A program made the position numbers and the translations under genes. From Nemertoderma westbladi (Eukaryota; Animalia; Xenacoelomorpha), in contig JAUCBJ010009127.1 in NCBI GenBank assembly GCA_032718475.1, positions 30,904-94,903 of the forward strand: a stretch of DNA of 64,000 nucleotides, read 5' to 3'. Within the stretch, counting starts at the first letter, position 1, and each line of letters begins with the position of its first letter. Positions 46,401 through 59,606 of this stretch are shown piece after piece. The notes under the pieces are model-generated. The model had not been told where the DNA came from, searched no databases, and worked only from the letters and a program-made list of their open reading frames with translations.

Positions 46401-49400
46401 ATCTTCCACTCAGTTGTGGTTCATTCACGCACCCTTGCAATCTTCATCTTCCACTCAGTTGTGGTTCATTCACGCACCCTGCACTCTTCATCTTCCACTC
46501 AGTTGTGGTTCATTCTCGCTCCCTTGCACTCTTCATCTTCCGCTCAGTTGTGGTTCATTCACGCACCCTGCAGTCTTCATCTTCCACTCAGTTGTGGTTC
46601 ATTCTCGCTCCCTTGCACTCTTCATCTTCCGCTCAGTTGTGGTTCATTCACGCACCCTGCAGTCTTCATCTTCCACTCAGTTGTGGTTCATTCTCGCTCC
46701 CTTGCACTCTTCATCTTCCACTCAGTTGTGTTTCATTCACGCACCCTGCAGTCTTCATCTTCCACTCAGTTGTGGTTGATTCACGCACCCTTGCAATCTT
46801 CATCTTCCACTCAGTTGTGGTTCATTCACGCACCCTTGCAATCTTCATCTTCCACTCAGTTGTGGTTCATTCACGCAACTTGCACTTTTCATCTTCCACT
46901 CAGTTGTGGTTCATTCCCGCACCCTTGCACTCTTCATCTTCCGCTCAGTTGTGGTTGATTCCCGCTCCCTTGCAATCTTCATCTTCCACTCAGTTGTGGT
47001 TCATTCACGCAACTTGCACTTTTCATCTTCCACTCAGTTGTGGTTCATTCACGCAACTTGTACTCTTCATCTTCCACTCAGTTGTGGTTCATTCCCGCAC
47101 CCTTGTACTCTCCATCTTCCACTCAGTTGTGGTTCATTCCCGCACCCTTTCACTCTTCATCTTCCACTCAGTTGTGGTTCATTCTCGCACCCTTGCAATC
47201 TTCATCTTCCACTCAGTTGTGGTTCATTCACGCACCCTTGCAATCTTCATCTTCCACTCAGTTGTGGTTCATTCACGCAACTTGCACTTTTCATCTTCCA
47301 CTCAGTTGTGGTTCATTCACGCTCCCTTGCACTCTTCATCTTCCACTCAGTTGTGGTTCATTCACGCAACTTGCACTTTTCATCTTCCACTCAGTTGTGG
47401 TTCATTCACGCAACTTGTACTCTTCATCTTCCACTCAGTTGTGGTTCATTCTCGCACCCTGCAGTCTTCATCTTCCACTCAGATGTGGTTGATTCACGCA
47501 CCCTTGTACTCTTCATCTTCCACTCAGTTGTGGTTCACTCACGCAACTTGCACTTTTCATCTTCCACTCAGTTGTGGTTCATTCTCGCACCCTTCCACTC
47601 AGTTGTGGTTCATTCACGCAACTTGCACTTTTCATCTTCCACTCAGTTGTGGTTAATTCCCGCACCCTTGCACTCTTCATCTTCCACTTAGTTTGTTTCA
47701 ATCCCGCAACCTTGCACTCTTCATCTTCCACTCAGTTGTGGTTAATTCCCGCACCCTTGCACTCTTCATCTTCCACTCAGTTGTGGTTCATTCCCGCACC
47801 CTTGCACTCTTCATCTTCCACTCAGTTGTGGTTAATTCCCGCACCCTTGCACTCTTCATCTTCCACTCAGTTGTGGTTAATTCCCGCACCCTTGCACTCT
47901 TTATCTTCCACTCAGTTGTGGTTCATTCCCGCTCCCTTGCACTCTTTATCTTCCACTCCGTCGTGGTTTATTCCCGCACCCTTGTACTCTTCATCTTCCA
48001 CTCAGTTGTGGTTCATTCCCGCACCCTTGCACTCTTCATCTTCCACTCAGTTGTGGTTAATTCCCGCACCCTTGCACTCTTCATCTTCCACTCCGTCGTG
48101 GTTTATTCCCGCACCCTTGTACTCTTCATCTTCCACTCAGTTGTGGTTCATTCCCGCACCCTTGCACTCTTTATCTTCCACTCCGTCGTGGTTTATTCCC
48201 GCACCCTTGCACTCTTCATCTTCCACTCAGTTGTGGTTCATTCCCACACCCTTGCACTCTTTATCTTCCACTCCGTCGTGGTTTATTCCCGCACCCTTGC
48301 ACTCTTCATCTTCCACTCAGTTGTGGTTAATTCCCGCACCCTTGCACTCTTTATCTTCCACTCAGTTGTGGTTCATTCCCGCTCCCTTGCACTCTTTATC
48401 TTCCACTCCGTCGTGGTTTATTCCCGCACCCTTGCACTCTTCATCTTCCACTCAGTTGTGGTTCATTCCCGCACCCTTGCACTCTTCATCTTCCACTCCG
48501 TCGTGGTTTATTCCCGCACCCTTGTACTCTTCATCTTCCACTCAGTTGTGGTTTATTCCCGCACCCTTGCACTCTTCATCTTCCACTCAGTTGCGGTTCA
48601 TTCACGCACCCTTGCAATCTTCATCTTCCACTCAGTTGTGGTTCATTCACGCACCCTTGCACTCTTCATCTTCCACTCAGTTGTGGTTAATTCCCGCACC
48701 CTTGCACTCTTCATCTTCCACTCCGTCGTGGTTTATTCCCGCACCCTTGCACTCTTCATCTTCCACTCAGTTGTGGTTCATTCCCGCACCCTTGCACTCT
48801 TCATCTTCCACTCAGTTGTGGTTAATTCCCGCACCCTTGCACTCTTCATCTTCCACTCAGTTGTGGTTAATTCCCGCACCCTTGCACTCTTTATCTTCCA
48901 CTCAGTTGTGGTTCATTCCCGCTCCCTTGCACTCTTTATCTTCCACTCCGTCGTGGTTTATTCCCGCACCCTTGTACTCTTCATCTTCCACTCAGTTGTG
49001 GTTCATTCCCGCTCCCTTGCACTCTTTATCTTCCACTCCGTCGTGGTTTATTCCCGCACCCTTGTACTCTTCATCTTCCACTCAGTTGTGGTTCATTCCC
49101 GCACCCTTGCACTCTTCATTTTCTACTCAGTTGTGGTTCATTCACGCTCCCTTGCACTCTTCATCTTCCACTCAGTTGTGGTTCATTCCCACAACCTTGC
49201 ACTTTTCGTGTTTCAATCCCGCAGCCTTGCACTCTTCATCTTCCACTCAGTTGTGGTTCATTCACGCTCCCTTGCACTCTTCATCTTCCACTCAGTTGTG
49301 GTTCATTCCCACAACCTTGCACTTTTCGTGTTTCAATCCCGCAGCCTTGCACTCTTCATCTTCCACTCAGTTGTGGTTCATTCACGCTCCCTTGCACTCT

Positions 49401-52400
49401 TCGTGGTTCATTCCCGCTCCCTTGCACTCTTCATCTTCCACTCAGTTGTGGTTCATTCCCGTACCCTTGCAGTCTTCATCTTCCACTTAGTTTGTTTCAA
49501 TCCCGCAACCTTGCACTCTTCATCTTCCACTCAGTTGTGGTTAATTCCCGCACCCTTGCAGTCTTCATCTTCCACTCAGTTGTGGTTCATTCCCGCTCCC
49601 TCGCACTCTTCATCTTCCACTCAGTTGTGGTTCATTCCCACAACCTTGCACTTTTCGTGTTTCAATCCCGCAGCCTTGCACTCTTCATCTTCCACTCAGT
49701 TGTGGTTCATTCCCGCACTCTTGCACTCTTCATCTTCCACTCAGTTGTGGTTCATTCCCGTACCCTTGCACTCTTCGTGGTTCATTCCCGCTCCCTTGCA
49801 GTCTTCATCTTCCACTTAGTTTGTTTCAATCCCGCAACCTTGCACTCTTCATCTTCCACTCAGTTGTGGTTAATTCCCGCACCCTTGCACTCTTCATCTT
49901 CCACTCCGTCGTGGTTTATTCCCGCACCCTTGTACTCTTCATCTTCCACTCAGTTGTGGTTCATTCCCGCACCCTTGCACTCTTCATCTTCCACTCAGTT
50001 GTGGTTAATTCCCGCACCCTTGCACTCTTCATCTTCCACTCCGTCGTGGTTTATTCCCGCACCCTTGTACTCTTCATCTTCCACTCAGTTGTGGTTCATT
50101 CCCGCACCCTTGCACTCTTTATCTTCCACTCCGTCGTGGTTTATTCCCGCACCCTTGCACTCTTCATCTTCCACTCAGTTGTGGTTCATTCCCACACCCT
50201 TGCACTCTTTATCTTCCACTCCGTCGTGGTTTATTCCCGCACCCTTGCACTCTTCATCTTCCACTCAGTTGTGGTTAATTCCCGCACCCTTGCACTCTTT
50301 ATCTTCCACTCAGTTGTGGTTCATTCCCGCTCCCTTGCACTCTTTATCTTCCACTCCGTCGTGGTTTATTCCCGCACCCTTGCACTCTTCATCTTCCACT
50401 CAGTTGTGGTTCATTCCCGCACCCTTGCACTCTTCATCTTCCACTCCGTCGTGGTTTATTCCCGCACCCTTGTACTCTTCATCTTCCACTCAGTTGTGGT
50501 TTATTCCCGCACCCTTGCACTCTTCATCTTCCACTCAGTTGCGGTTCATTCACGCACCCTTGCAATCTTCATCTTCCACTCAGTTGTGGTTCATTCACGC
50601 ACCCTTGCACTCTTCATCTTCCACTCAGTTGTGGTTAATTCCCGCACCCTTGCACTCTTCATCTTCCACTCCGTCGTGGTTTATTCCCGCACCCTTGCAC
50701 TCTTCATCTTCCACTCAGTTGTGGTTCATTCCCGCACCCTTGCACTCTTCATCTTCCACTCAGTTGTGGTTAATTCCCGCACCCTTGCACTCTTCATCTT
50801 CCACTCAGTTGTGGTTAATTCCCGCACCCTTGCACTCTTTATCTTCCACTCAGTTGTGGTTCATTCCCGCTCCCTTGCACTCTTTATCTTCCACTCCGTC
50901 GTGGTTTATTCCCGCACCCTTGTACTCTTCATCTTCCACTCAGTTGTGGTTCATTCCCGCTCCCTTGCACTCTTTATCTTCCACTCCGTCGTGGTTTATT
51001 CCCGCACCCTTGTACTCTTCATCTTCCACTCAGTTGTGGTTCATTCCCGCACCCTTGCACTCTTCATTTTCTACTCAGTTGTGGTTCATTCACGCTCCCT
51101 TGCACTCTTCATCTTCCACTCAGTTGTGGTTCATTCCCACAACCTTGCACTTTTCGTGTTTCAATCCCGCAGCCTTGCACTCTTCATCTTCCACTCAGTT
51201 GTGGTTCATTCACGCTCCCTTGCACTCTTCATCTTCCACTCAGTTGTGGTTCATTCCCACAACCTTGCACTTTTCGTGTTTCAATCCCGCAGCCTTGCAC
51301 TCTTCATCTTCCACTCAGTTGTGGTTCATTCACGCTCCCTTGCACTCTTCGTGGTTCATTCCCGCTCCCTTGCACTCTTCATCTTCCACTCAGTTGTGGT
51401 TCATTCCCGTACCCTTGCAGTCTTCATCTTCCACTTAGTTTGTTTCAATCCCGCAACCTTGCACTCTTCATCTTCCACTCAGTTGTGGTTAATTCCCGCA
51501 CCCTTGCAGTCTTCATCTTCCACTCAGTTGTGGTTCATTCCCGCTCCCTCGCACTCTTCATCTTCCACTCAGTTGTGGTTCATTCCCACAACCTTGCACT
51601 TTTCGTGTTTCAATCCCGCAGCCTTGCACTCTTCATCTTCCACTCAGTTGTGGTTCATTCCCGCACTCTTGCACTCTTCATCTTCCACTCAGTTGTGGTT
51701 CATTCCCGTACCCTTGCACTCTTCGTGGTTCATTCCCGCTCCCTTGCAGTCTTCATCTTCCACTTAGTTTGTTTCAATCCCGCAACCTTGCACTCTTCAT
51801 CTTCCACTCAGTTGTGGTTAATTCCCGCACCCTTGCACTCTTCATCTTCCACTCAGTTGTGGTTAATTCCCGCACCCTTGCACTCTTCATTTTCTACTCA
51901 GTTGTGGTTCATTCTCGCAACCTTGCACTCTTCATCTTCCACTCAGTTGTGGTTCATTCACGACGCACCCTTGCACTCTTCATCTTCCACTCAGTTGTGG
52001 TTAATTCCCGCACCCTTGCAGTCTTCATCTTCCACTCAGTTGTGGTTCATTCCCGCACTCTTGCACTCTTTATCTTCCACTCAGTTGTGGTTAATTTCCA
52101 CACCCTTGCAGTCTTCATCTTCCACTCAGTTGTGGTTAATTCCCGCACCCTTGCACTCTTCATTTTAGACTCAGTTGTGGTTCATTCACGCACCCTTGCA
52201 CCCTTCATCTTCTACTCAGTTGTGGTTCATTCTCGCAACCTTGCACTCTTCATCTTCCACTTAGTTTGTTTCAATCCCGCAACCTTGCACTCTTCATCTT
52301 CCACTCAGTTGTGGTTAATTCCCGCACTCTTGCACTCTTTATCTTCCACTCAGTTGTGGTTAATTTCCACACCCTTGCAGTCTTCATCTTCCACTCAGTT

Positions 52401-55045
52401 GTGGTTCATTCACGCTCCCTTGCACTCTTCATCTTCCACTCAGTTGTGGTTTATTCCCGCACCCTTGCACTCTTCATCTTCCACTCAGTTTTGGTTCATT
52501 CCCGCACCCTTGCAGTCTTCATCTTCCACTCAGTTGTGTTTCATTCTCGCAACCTTGCACTCTTCATCTTCCACTCAGTTGTGGTTCATTCACGACGCAC
52601 CCTTGCACTCTTCATCTTCCACTCAGTTGTGGTTCATTCTCACACCCTTGCACTCTTCATCTTCCACTCAGTTGTGGTTCATTCACGACGCACCCTTGCA
52701 CTTTTCATCTTCCACTCAGTTGTGGTTCATTCTCACACCCTTGCACTCTTCATCTTCCACTCAGTTGTGTTTCATTCTCGCTTCCTTGTACTCTTCATCT
52801 TCCACTCAGTTGCGGTTCATTCACGCTCCCTTGCACTCTTCATCTTCCACTCAGTTGTGGTTAATTCCCGCACCCTTGCAGTCTTCATCTTCCACTCAGT
52901 TGTGGTTCATTCCCGCACTCTTGCACTCTTTATCTTCCACTCAGTTGTGGTTCATTCCCGCACCCTTGCACTCTTCATCTTCCACTCAGTTGTGGTTCAT
53001 TCACGCACCCTTGCAGTCTTCATCTTCCACTCAGTTGTGGTTCATTCCCGCACCCTTGCACTCTTCATCTTCCACTCAGTTTTGGTTCATTCCCGCACCC
53101 TTGCAGTCTTCATCTTCCACTCAGTTGTGGTTCATTCTCGCAACCTTGCACTCTTCATCTTCCACTCAGTTTTGGTTCATTCACGACGCACCCTTGCACT
53201 CTTCATCTTCCACTCAGTTGTGGTTAATTCCCGCACCCTTGCACTCTTCGTGGTTCATTCCCGCTCCCTTGCACTCTTCATCTTCCACTCAGTTGTGGTT
53301 CATTCTCGCTCCCTTGCACTCTTCATCTTCCACTCAGTTGTGGTTAATTCCCGCACCCTTGCACTCTTCATCTTCCACTCAGTTGTGGTTCATTCCCGCA
53401 CCCTTGCACTCTTCATCTTCCACTCAGTTGTGATTCATTCTCGCAACCTTGCACTCTTCATCTTCCACTCAGTTTTGGTTCATTCACGACGCACCCTTGC
53501 ACTCTTCATCTTCCACTCAGTTGTGGTTAATTCCCGCACCCTTGCACTCTTCGTGGTTTATTCCCGCACCCTTGCACTCTTCATCTTCCACTCAGTTTTG
53601 GTTCATTCCCGCACCCTTGCAGTCTTCATCTTCCACTCAGTTGTGGTTCATTCTCGCAACCTTGCACTCTTCATCTTCCACTCAGTTGTGGTTCATTCAC
53701 GACGCACCCTTGCACTCTTCATCTTCCACTCAGTTGTGGTTAATTCCCGCACCCTTGCACTCTTCGTGGTTCATTCCCGCACCCTTGCACTCTTCATCTT
53801 CCACTCAGTTTTGGTTCATTCACGACGCACCCTTGCACTCTTCATCTTCCACTCAGTTGTGGTTAATTCCCGCACCCTTGCACTCTTCGTGGTTCATTCC
53901 CGCACCCTTGCACTCTTCATCTTCCACTCAGTTTTGGTTCATTCACGACGCACCCTTGCACTCTTCATCTTCCACTCAGTTGTGGTTAATTCCCGCACCC
54001 TTGCACTCTTCGTGGTTCATTCCCGCACCCTTGCACTCTTCATCTTCCACTCAGTTATGGTTCACTCCCGCACCCTTGCACTCTTCATCTTCCACTCAGT
54101 TGTGGTTCATTCCCGCACCCTTGCACTCTTCATCTTCCACTCAGTTGTGGTTCATTCCCGCACCCTTGCACTCTTCATCTTCCACTCAGTTTTGGTTCAT
54201 TCACGACGCACCCTTGCACTCTTCATCTTCCACTCAGTTGTGGTTCATTCCCGCACCCTTGCACTCTTCATCTTCCACTCAGTTGTGGTTAATTCCCGCA
54301 CTCTTGCAGTCTTCATCTTCCACTCAGTTGTGGTTCATTCTCGCTCCCTTGCACTCTTCATCTTCCACTCAGTTGTGGTTCATTCCCGCACCCTTGTACT
54401 CTTCATCTTCCACTCAGTTGTGGTTCATTCACGACGCACCCTTGCACTCTTCATCTTCCACTCAGTTGTGGTTCATTCACGACGCACCCTTGCACTCTTC
54501 ATCTTCCACTCAGTTTTGGTTCATTCACGACGCACCCTTGCACTCTTCATCTTCCACTCAGTTGTGGTTCATTCCCGCACCCTTGCACTCTTCATCTTCC
54601 ACTCAGTTGTGGTTAATTCCCGCACTCTTGCAGTCTTCATCTTCCACTCAGTTGTGGTTAATTCCCGCACCCTTGCACTCTTCATCTTCCACTTAGTTTG
54701 TTTCAATCCCGCAACCTTGCACTCTTCATCTTCTACTCAGTTGTGGTTCATTCCCGCACCCTTGCACTCTTCATCTTCTACTCAGTTGTGGTTCATTCCC
54801 GCACCCTTGCAGTCTTCATCTTCCACTTAGTTTGTTTCAATCCCGCAACCTTGCACTCTTCATCTTCTACTCAGTTGTGGTTCATTCCCGCACCCTTGCA
54901 CTCTTCATCTTCTACTCAGTTGTGGTTCATTCCCGCACCCTTGCACACTTCATCTTCCATACCATTGATGTTCATTCCCGCACCCTTGTACTCTTCATCT
55001 TCCATACCATTGATGTTCTTTATTGCACCCTTGCACTCTTCATCT
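43407..55045. repeat. 45-bp tandem satellite array, right part (about 260 monomers)
   Basis: Same monomer. It resumes in register after the TSD and ends at ...CACTCTTCATCT|GTGAG. Confidence 0.99.
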
Positions 55046-55200
55046 GTGAGCACAGACACAGGCACACGATGCACCTCAAAGTTGTCAGGCAATACCCTGA
55101 CATTGTTTAGGAGCTTCTCAAAGTGGGCATTCCAACCATTGAGGCGTTCAGCTGGAGATTCGTCTTTAACCTTTGTTGTTGGCTTTTCCAATACATTTTC
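54990..55200 (-). pseudogene. Relic of non-LTR retrotransposon (LINE) ORF2, endonuclease-RT linker region
   Basis: KVKDESPAERLNGWNAHFEKLLN...LTDEECKGAIKNI resembles the LINE linker pattern ER...W..HF..LL ... T.EE...AIK. Confidence 0.65.
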
Positions 55201-56295
55201 CTACACAAACATGCACTGTAAACCGCTAGGCCTATATTCTATACGTCTGACTGTTTATCAGGCTGTTGATTCTCAATTAGATTGGGTTTTCTACAATATT
55301 CCCAACTGTCGTTTATTGTTTTGGTTCCTTTCAACACGCCCTTTAACCTGCGTCTTTACTAACCTGCCTACAAGTAGGTGTAGGTAAGCGTGCGGAAGCG
55401 GGTACATGTATGCGTAGATGTAGGCGTTACCCCCACACGCCCCTAATAAATTGTCATGTGGTTACTAGTACTACACTGCTCTTATGGACCTATTAAAGTA
55501 TGTGGCTCGACCCAAAAGTAATGCAGCTATCAGATACAAACTAACGTGCAATTCAACCCGTATCCGTCTCGGTTGTTTATGCCAATTAGGTAAATTGACA
55601 TTAAAATAATACTTGCTGGTAAGGAAAACATTGGTTTGTTCTTGGCTTAATAGTGGGTCGCGCCAAAGATCTTGTTGCGGAGTCCCAACTTCTCTACAGT
55701 GGTAAACCTCTTCATTAGAGGAAGTTCCTGTTCCTACGGAGAAGGAAACTCAATCTTCTCCAATAATACCCTTCAACCTTCAATGCATGGCTATTTGCGT
55801 GAGCTCATTCGCCAATCAATTACCCTGCCACTATATAACTCTAGCATCTCATTGGTTGAGAGTCACTACTATCGATTTATGTTCAACATCCCAGCCTGTT
55901 CACTGATTAGAATGTGAGTTTTATATAGGGTGGTGGTGCAACCGCTATGTAGCCATAAAATTCGAATATTGGTAGATTTTAGATGGAAGTTTTATTGTAC
56001 CTCGTAACTTTGTTAGATCAAACGGGTCCCTCCATTCCATGTAAAGGCATTTATTTAACAAATTCATCAATATTTAAATTATTAATCAATAAAATAAATC
56101 TCTGAAAATTGTTTAATAATTTTTCTTTATTTCTACTTATTTTATTCAATTTTGTATATCCTTAAGATAAAAATACTTTATTAACACTTTCGCTTGCTTA
56201 CAGTTATAATTATAGAATCGGATTACCAAATTTGACAATAGGAAGCATTCGATAGACCTTGTAGTGGTAATGCAAGGTGGCTCCAGAAAGATATG

Positions 56296-57190
56296 TATGG
56301 TGGACCAGAAGGGCCAATTTGTTTTTTTTATTTTCATAGAATTAAAAAAAAAAAACGAATAAACGAATTTGCCGTTCAAATTCGTCTTTTCGTTTTTATT
56401 TTTTACAATTCCCTGAATAAAAAAAAAACGAATAAACGAATTGGAAAAAAATAAACAAAAAACAAAATGTTTGGTAAAAATTTGTTTAATTCGTTTATTT
56501 TTTTCTAACCTGGAAAAAAATAAACCAAAAACCAATTCTTAATAGTCGCTATTTTGATTAGACGTGATATTGACTCTCTCTGTTTGTCCGGTAGTACAGT
56601 ATGTCTGATCATGATCAAGCGGATATTACACTTGATGAACTTATTATTTACTATTTTAATTTGCGGATTTCTGCGAGGGAAACCCAAGTAATATTATCTC
56701 GAACGCATAATATTTCGATATCTGAAAGAACGGTGAAACGATAACGTCAAAAACTACAGTTAAAGTCAAAGTTAAAGTCAGTTTAGTGTTGAAACGCATG
56801 TGAATGGTTGTAGTGTTGATTGTGCGAACTTTGGAAAGGTGTAATTCAAACTAGGTAGTACTACAATAATACACCCCGGGTCCGGTAATTAAACTAATTA
56901 AACTCTTTATTAATTAAACTCTTAAATTTATAAACTCATTCATGTCATGCATTACTTTATATGAAGTGGGTGTCTTTATGCGATTGTTGAGAATGCTTTA
57001 TGATACGGGTGATAACGCGTAGCCCACAACTAAGTAATCCCAGTGCCCAAGTGGATACAGCGCCTGAAATAAATACTAAAAGTAAAATAAATAAACGAAA
57101 AAACGAATTTGAAGGGCCAATTAATATATTAGTTTTTTTTTTAATTCTGTGAAATTAAAAAAAACGAATTGGCTCTTCTGGTCCACCATA
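56296..57190 (+). mobile_element. Non-autonomous DNA transposon, IS3EU-like (895 bp)
   Basis: ~60-bp TIRs TATGGTGGACCAGAAG(G/A)GCCAATT...; 6-bp TSD GATATG (56290-56295, 57191-57196); TAT...ATA termini. Internal relic at 56601-56765, MSDHDQADITLDELIIYYFNLRISARETQVILSRTHNISISERTVKR*, resembles an N-terminal transposase HTH. Confidence 0.8.
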
Positions 57191-59288
57191 GATATGTGAG
57201 ATTGTCAATGTAACTTTCTTCTGCCTACGTCTACGCTACAATGCAATGTATAAGTACATTAATGCATATACTAGCGACATACAGTGCTAGTCGGTCTTTG
57301 GGGAGTTAGATAGCACCATTGCATGACTTTTTATTTAAATTTTAATATATAATATGAAGTATTAAGTAATTTATCATAGTAAGTAAAATAATTCCATTCA
57401 TTTATACTATGATGGATATTGCATAAACATTATACCTTATAATAATTTTATATTTTATATTTTCGTTACTTATAATATTAACGATAAATGTTACATGGCG
57501 GCGAGCCATAAGCTTAAACCAACCCCCTGGACTGCGTTCCCCAAATATCAACAGTCCTTTACCCAGTGTGATTGTTTCCTTTGGAATTAAAGGGAATATT
57601 ATATAGCGGCTATGGAATATAGCAATAATTACCAGCACCCCGAAGGAGAACAAGAGGACCCGAGAAAAGAGCAAATGGGCTATAATCAGAATTCAGGTAG
57701 GTCAGCCCCTAAGGTGTAAGAATGGTTGTGCATCTAAGTGCAGCTAATATACATGGAACCAACATAATTAGAGCACCCAAGATCTTTATCTTGGAGTCTC
57801 TTGGGTACTCATCTTCTAGGCCAACTGTATGAAATTAATTTCTAACTTTTTAGATCGTTACCACTAAGTTTCATTTGATACAATAAATACCAAATGTCTA
57901 AAGAGCCCCGATAAAGAATACGCCCGCAAGCACCCATAACACAATTAATTATCTACAGTATTATTTTAGGAAAGTACAGGTCAGGGGTTCAAATCTTATC
58001 TGGTGCCTAATTTTTTTTTATCAACTAATAAGATACACCATATATATTACTCGAACTAGATTGCTGTTTCAGTCAGTGGAATTTCAGTACACGAATTTAA
58101 TCAGGGGCCAACAACAAGGGTCTTACTAGGAGCGCAGGAGGCTGCTAATAAAATATAAATCTCCCAAGTGTGACCCGCTCGCTCGTTAGATTCGACCCCA
58201 TTATATTTCGATAGAAATAACCCCAATTAAGAAATTAAAACAAAAAAAATAAAGTTTTTCAACCTGATATCTTGACTCTACTAAACCGCACATGTTATTC
58301 GTTTGTAGACACAATCGAAGGAACGAAAGAGCCTAGTGGGAGCTGCAAATACCGCGAGTTACAAAATTTTAACGTACAAACTGTTAACGAACACCATTGC
58401 CATTGTATGCAGTTCTTACTGCAACTGTACCTTCGAAAAACTCTATGTATTCAAGTTTTTATGCAAACATAGATAAGCTACTGTTACAGCTTACAGGGCA
58501 ATGCGTCTGGGACAGTATAATCTACAATGAGTGGAATACATCTAGTGCAGCTGCAAGCACAGGCACAAGGGAAAAAAATTGAGTGTGTGAAGTTCAAGAT
58601 CCTACTTGAGGCTTTTAAAGTAGTTGCAGAACACAGTAGAATTCACACTATCTGACTGGGAAGAGGTTAGTTCTGCTACTAAGTAAAGGCTAAGCCGATG
58701 CGAATGAGTAAGCATAGGAATGCATTGGGGACTACTGTTACTGTTAGCACAGTGTGCTAGGTGGTCCCTATAGTTATGTTGTTTGGAGTAGGAAATTATC
58801 ATGGGATTTTAAATAAACAAAACAATAACTATTGATATGATCTTGGTCAACTTTATTACTATAAGTATAGTAAGCCATGAAATATCGTCAGTTATATTAG
58901 GTAATAGTAATTCAGTCGTCATACCATGGCCATACCTTCATACCTTGTAAATGTGCCCCCCCCCCCCCCCCCCCCTCCCCCCACTTGTTAGAGTTAGACA
59001 GCACCAGAAAGGGGCGCCCAAGATGAACGTGAAAAGGTTCGTGAAAACGTTCACAACCATATCATGTCACACACCAGCGAGCCGAGTACACTCACTACAT
59101 AAAGGCTTTACCGGTTTCCGCAAGCTTTTTTAATATAATTGCACGACACCCGAAAATTAAAATGTATTATTTATTATTATTATTTAATATTATTTACTGT
59201 GGGGAGGTCACAGTTAAATACGATAAGACCTGCCATTACCATACAATGATTCTACAGTAGTACCAGAGCCGGATTCATACACTGATAC

Positions 59289-59606
59289 GGTTGGGTGTAT
59301 TCTTCGCCCGCGACCAATCTTCGCCCGTATCCAAGCTTTGCCCGGGGAAAACCTTAGTTACTTAGTAACCCATTTAGTTACCAATTGAGTGAAAGGAGCA
59401 GGTTACAAAGACAGCTTTTTCTAACAGAAACAATACCCGATGTTGTTACCAATTGAGGGAAAGGAGCAGATTACATAGACGGCCTTTTCTAACCATAACA
59501 ATAATTGTTTAGTGGGCGAAGGTTGCTCGCGGGCGAAGGTTTCCTCCGGGCGATATTTGCTCATTTTGAGGGCGAAGATTGCTCCGGGCGAAGTTTTCTT
59601 CGTACC
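59289..59606. mobile_element. MITE, Mutator/MULE-like (318 bp)
   Basis: 9-bp TSD CACTGATAC (59280-59288, 59607-59615), GG...CC ends, and inverted subterminal CTTCGCCC/GGGCGAAG motifs. Internal ~48-bp direct repeat at 59378 and 59446. Confidence 0.75.

Noticed and set aside
1-55045. CRISPR-like array (constant ~25-bp core plus variable part)
   Set aside because: The variable parts are point variants of one sequence, not unique spacers. There are no cas genes and the context is eukaryotic.
43407-55200. Minus-strand poly-selenocysteine or UGA-readthrough protein (VEDEECKGAGMNHN-UGA repeats after a possible TGTGTAG acceptor at ~55201)
   Set aside because: All three minus frames contain one TGA per monomer, so it is not frame-specific. 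A frameshifting 44-bp unit occurs within a few monomers (~54830), and no SECIS was recognised.
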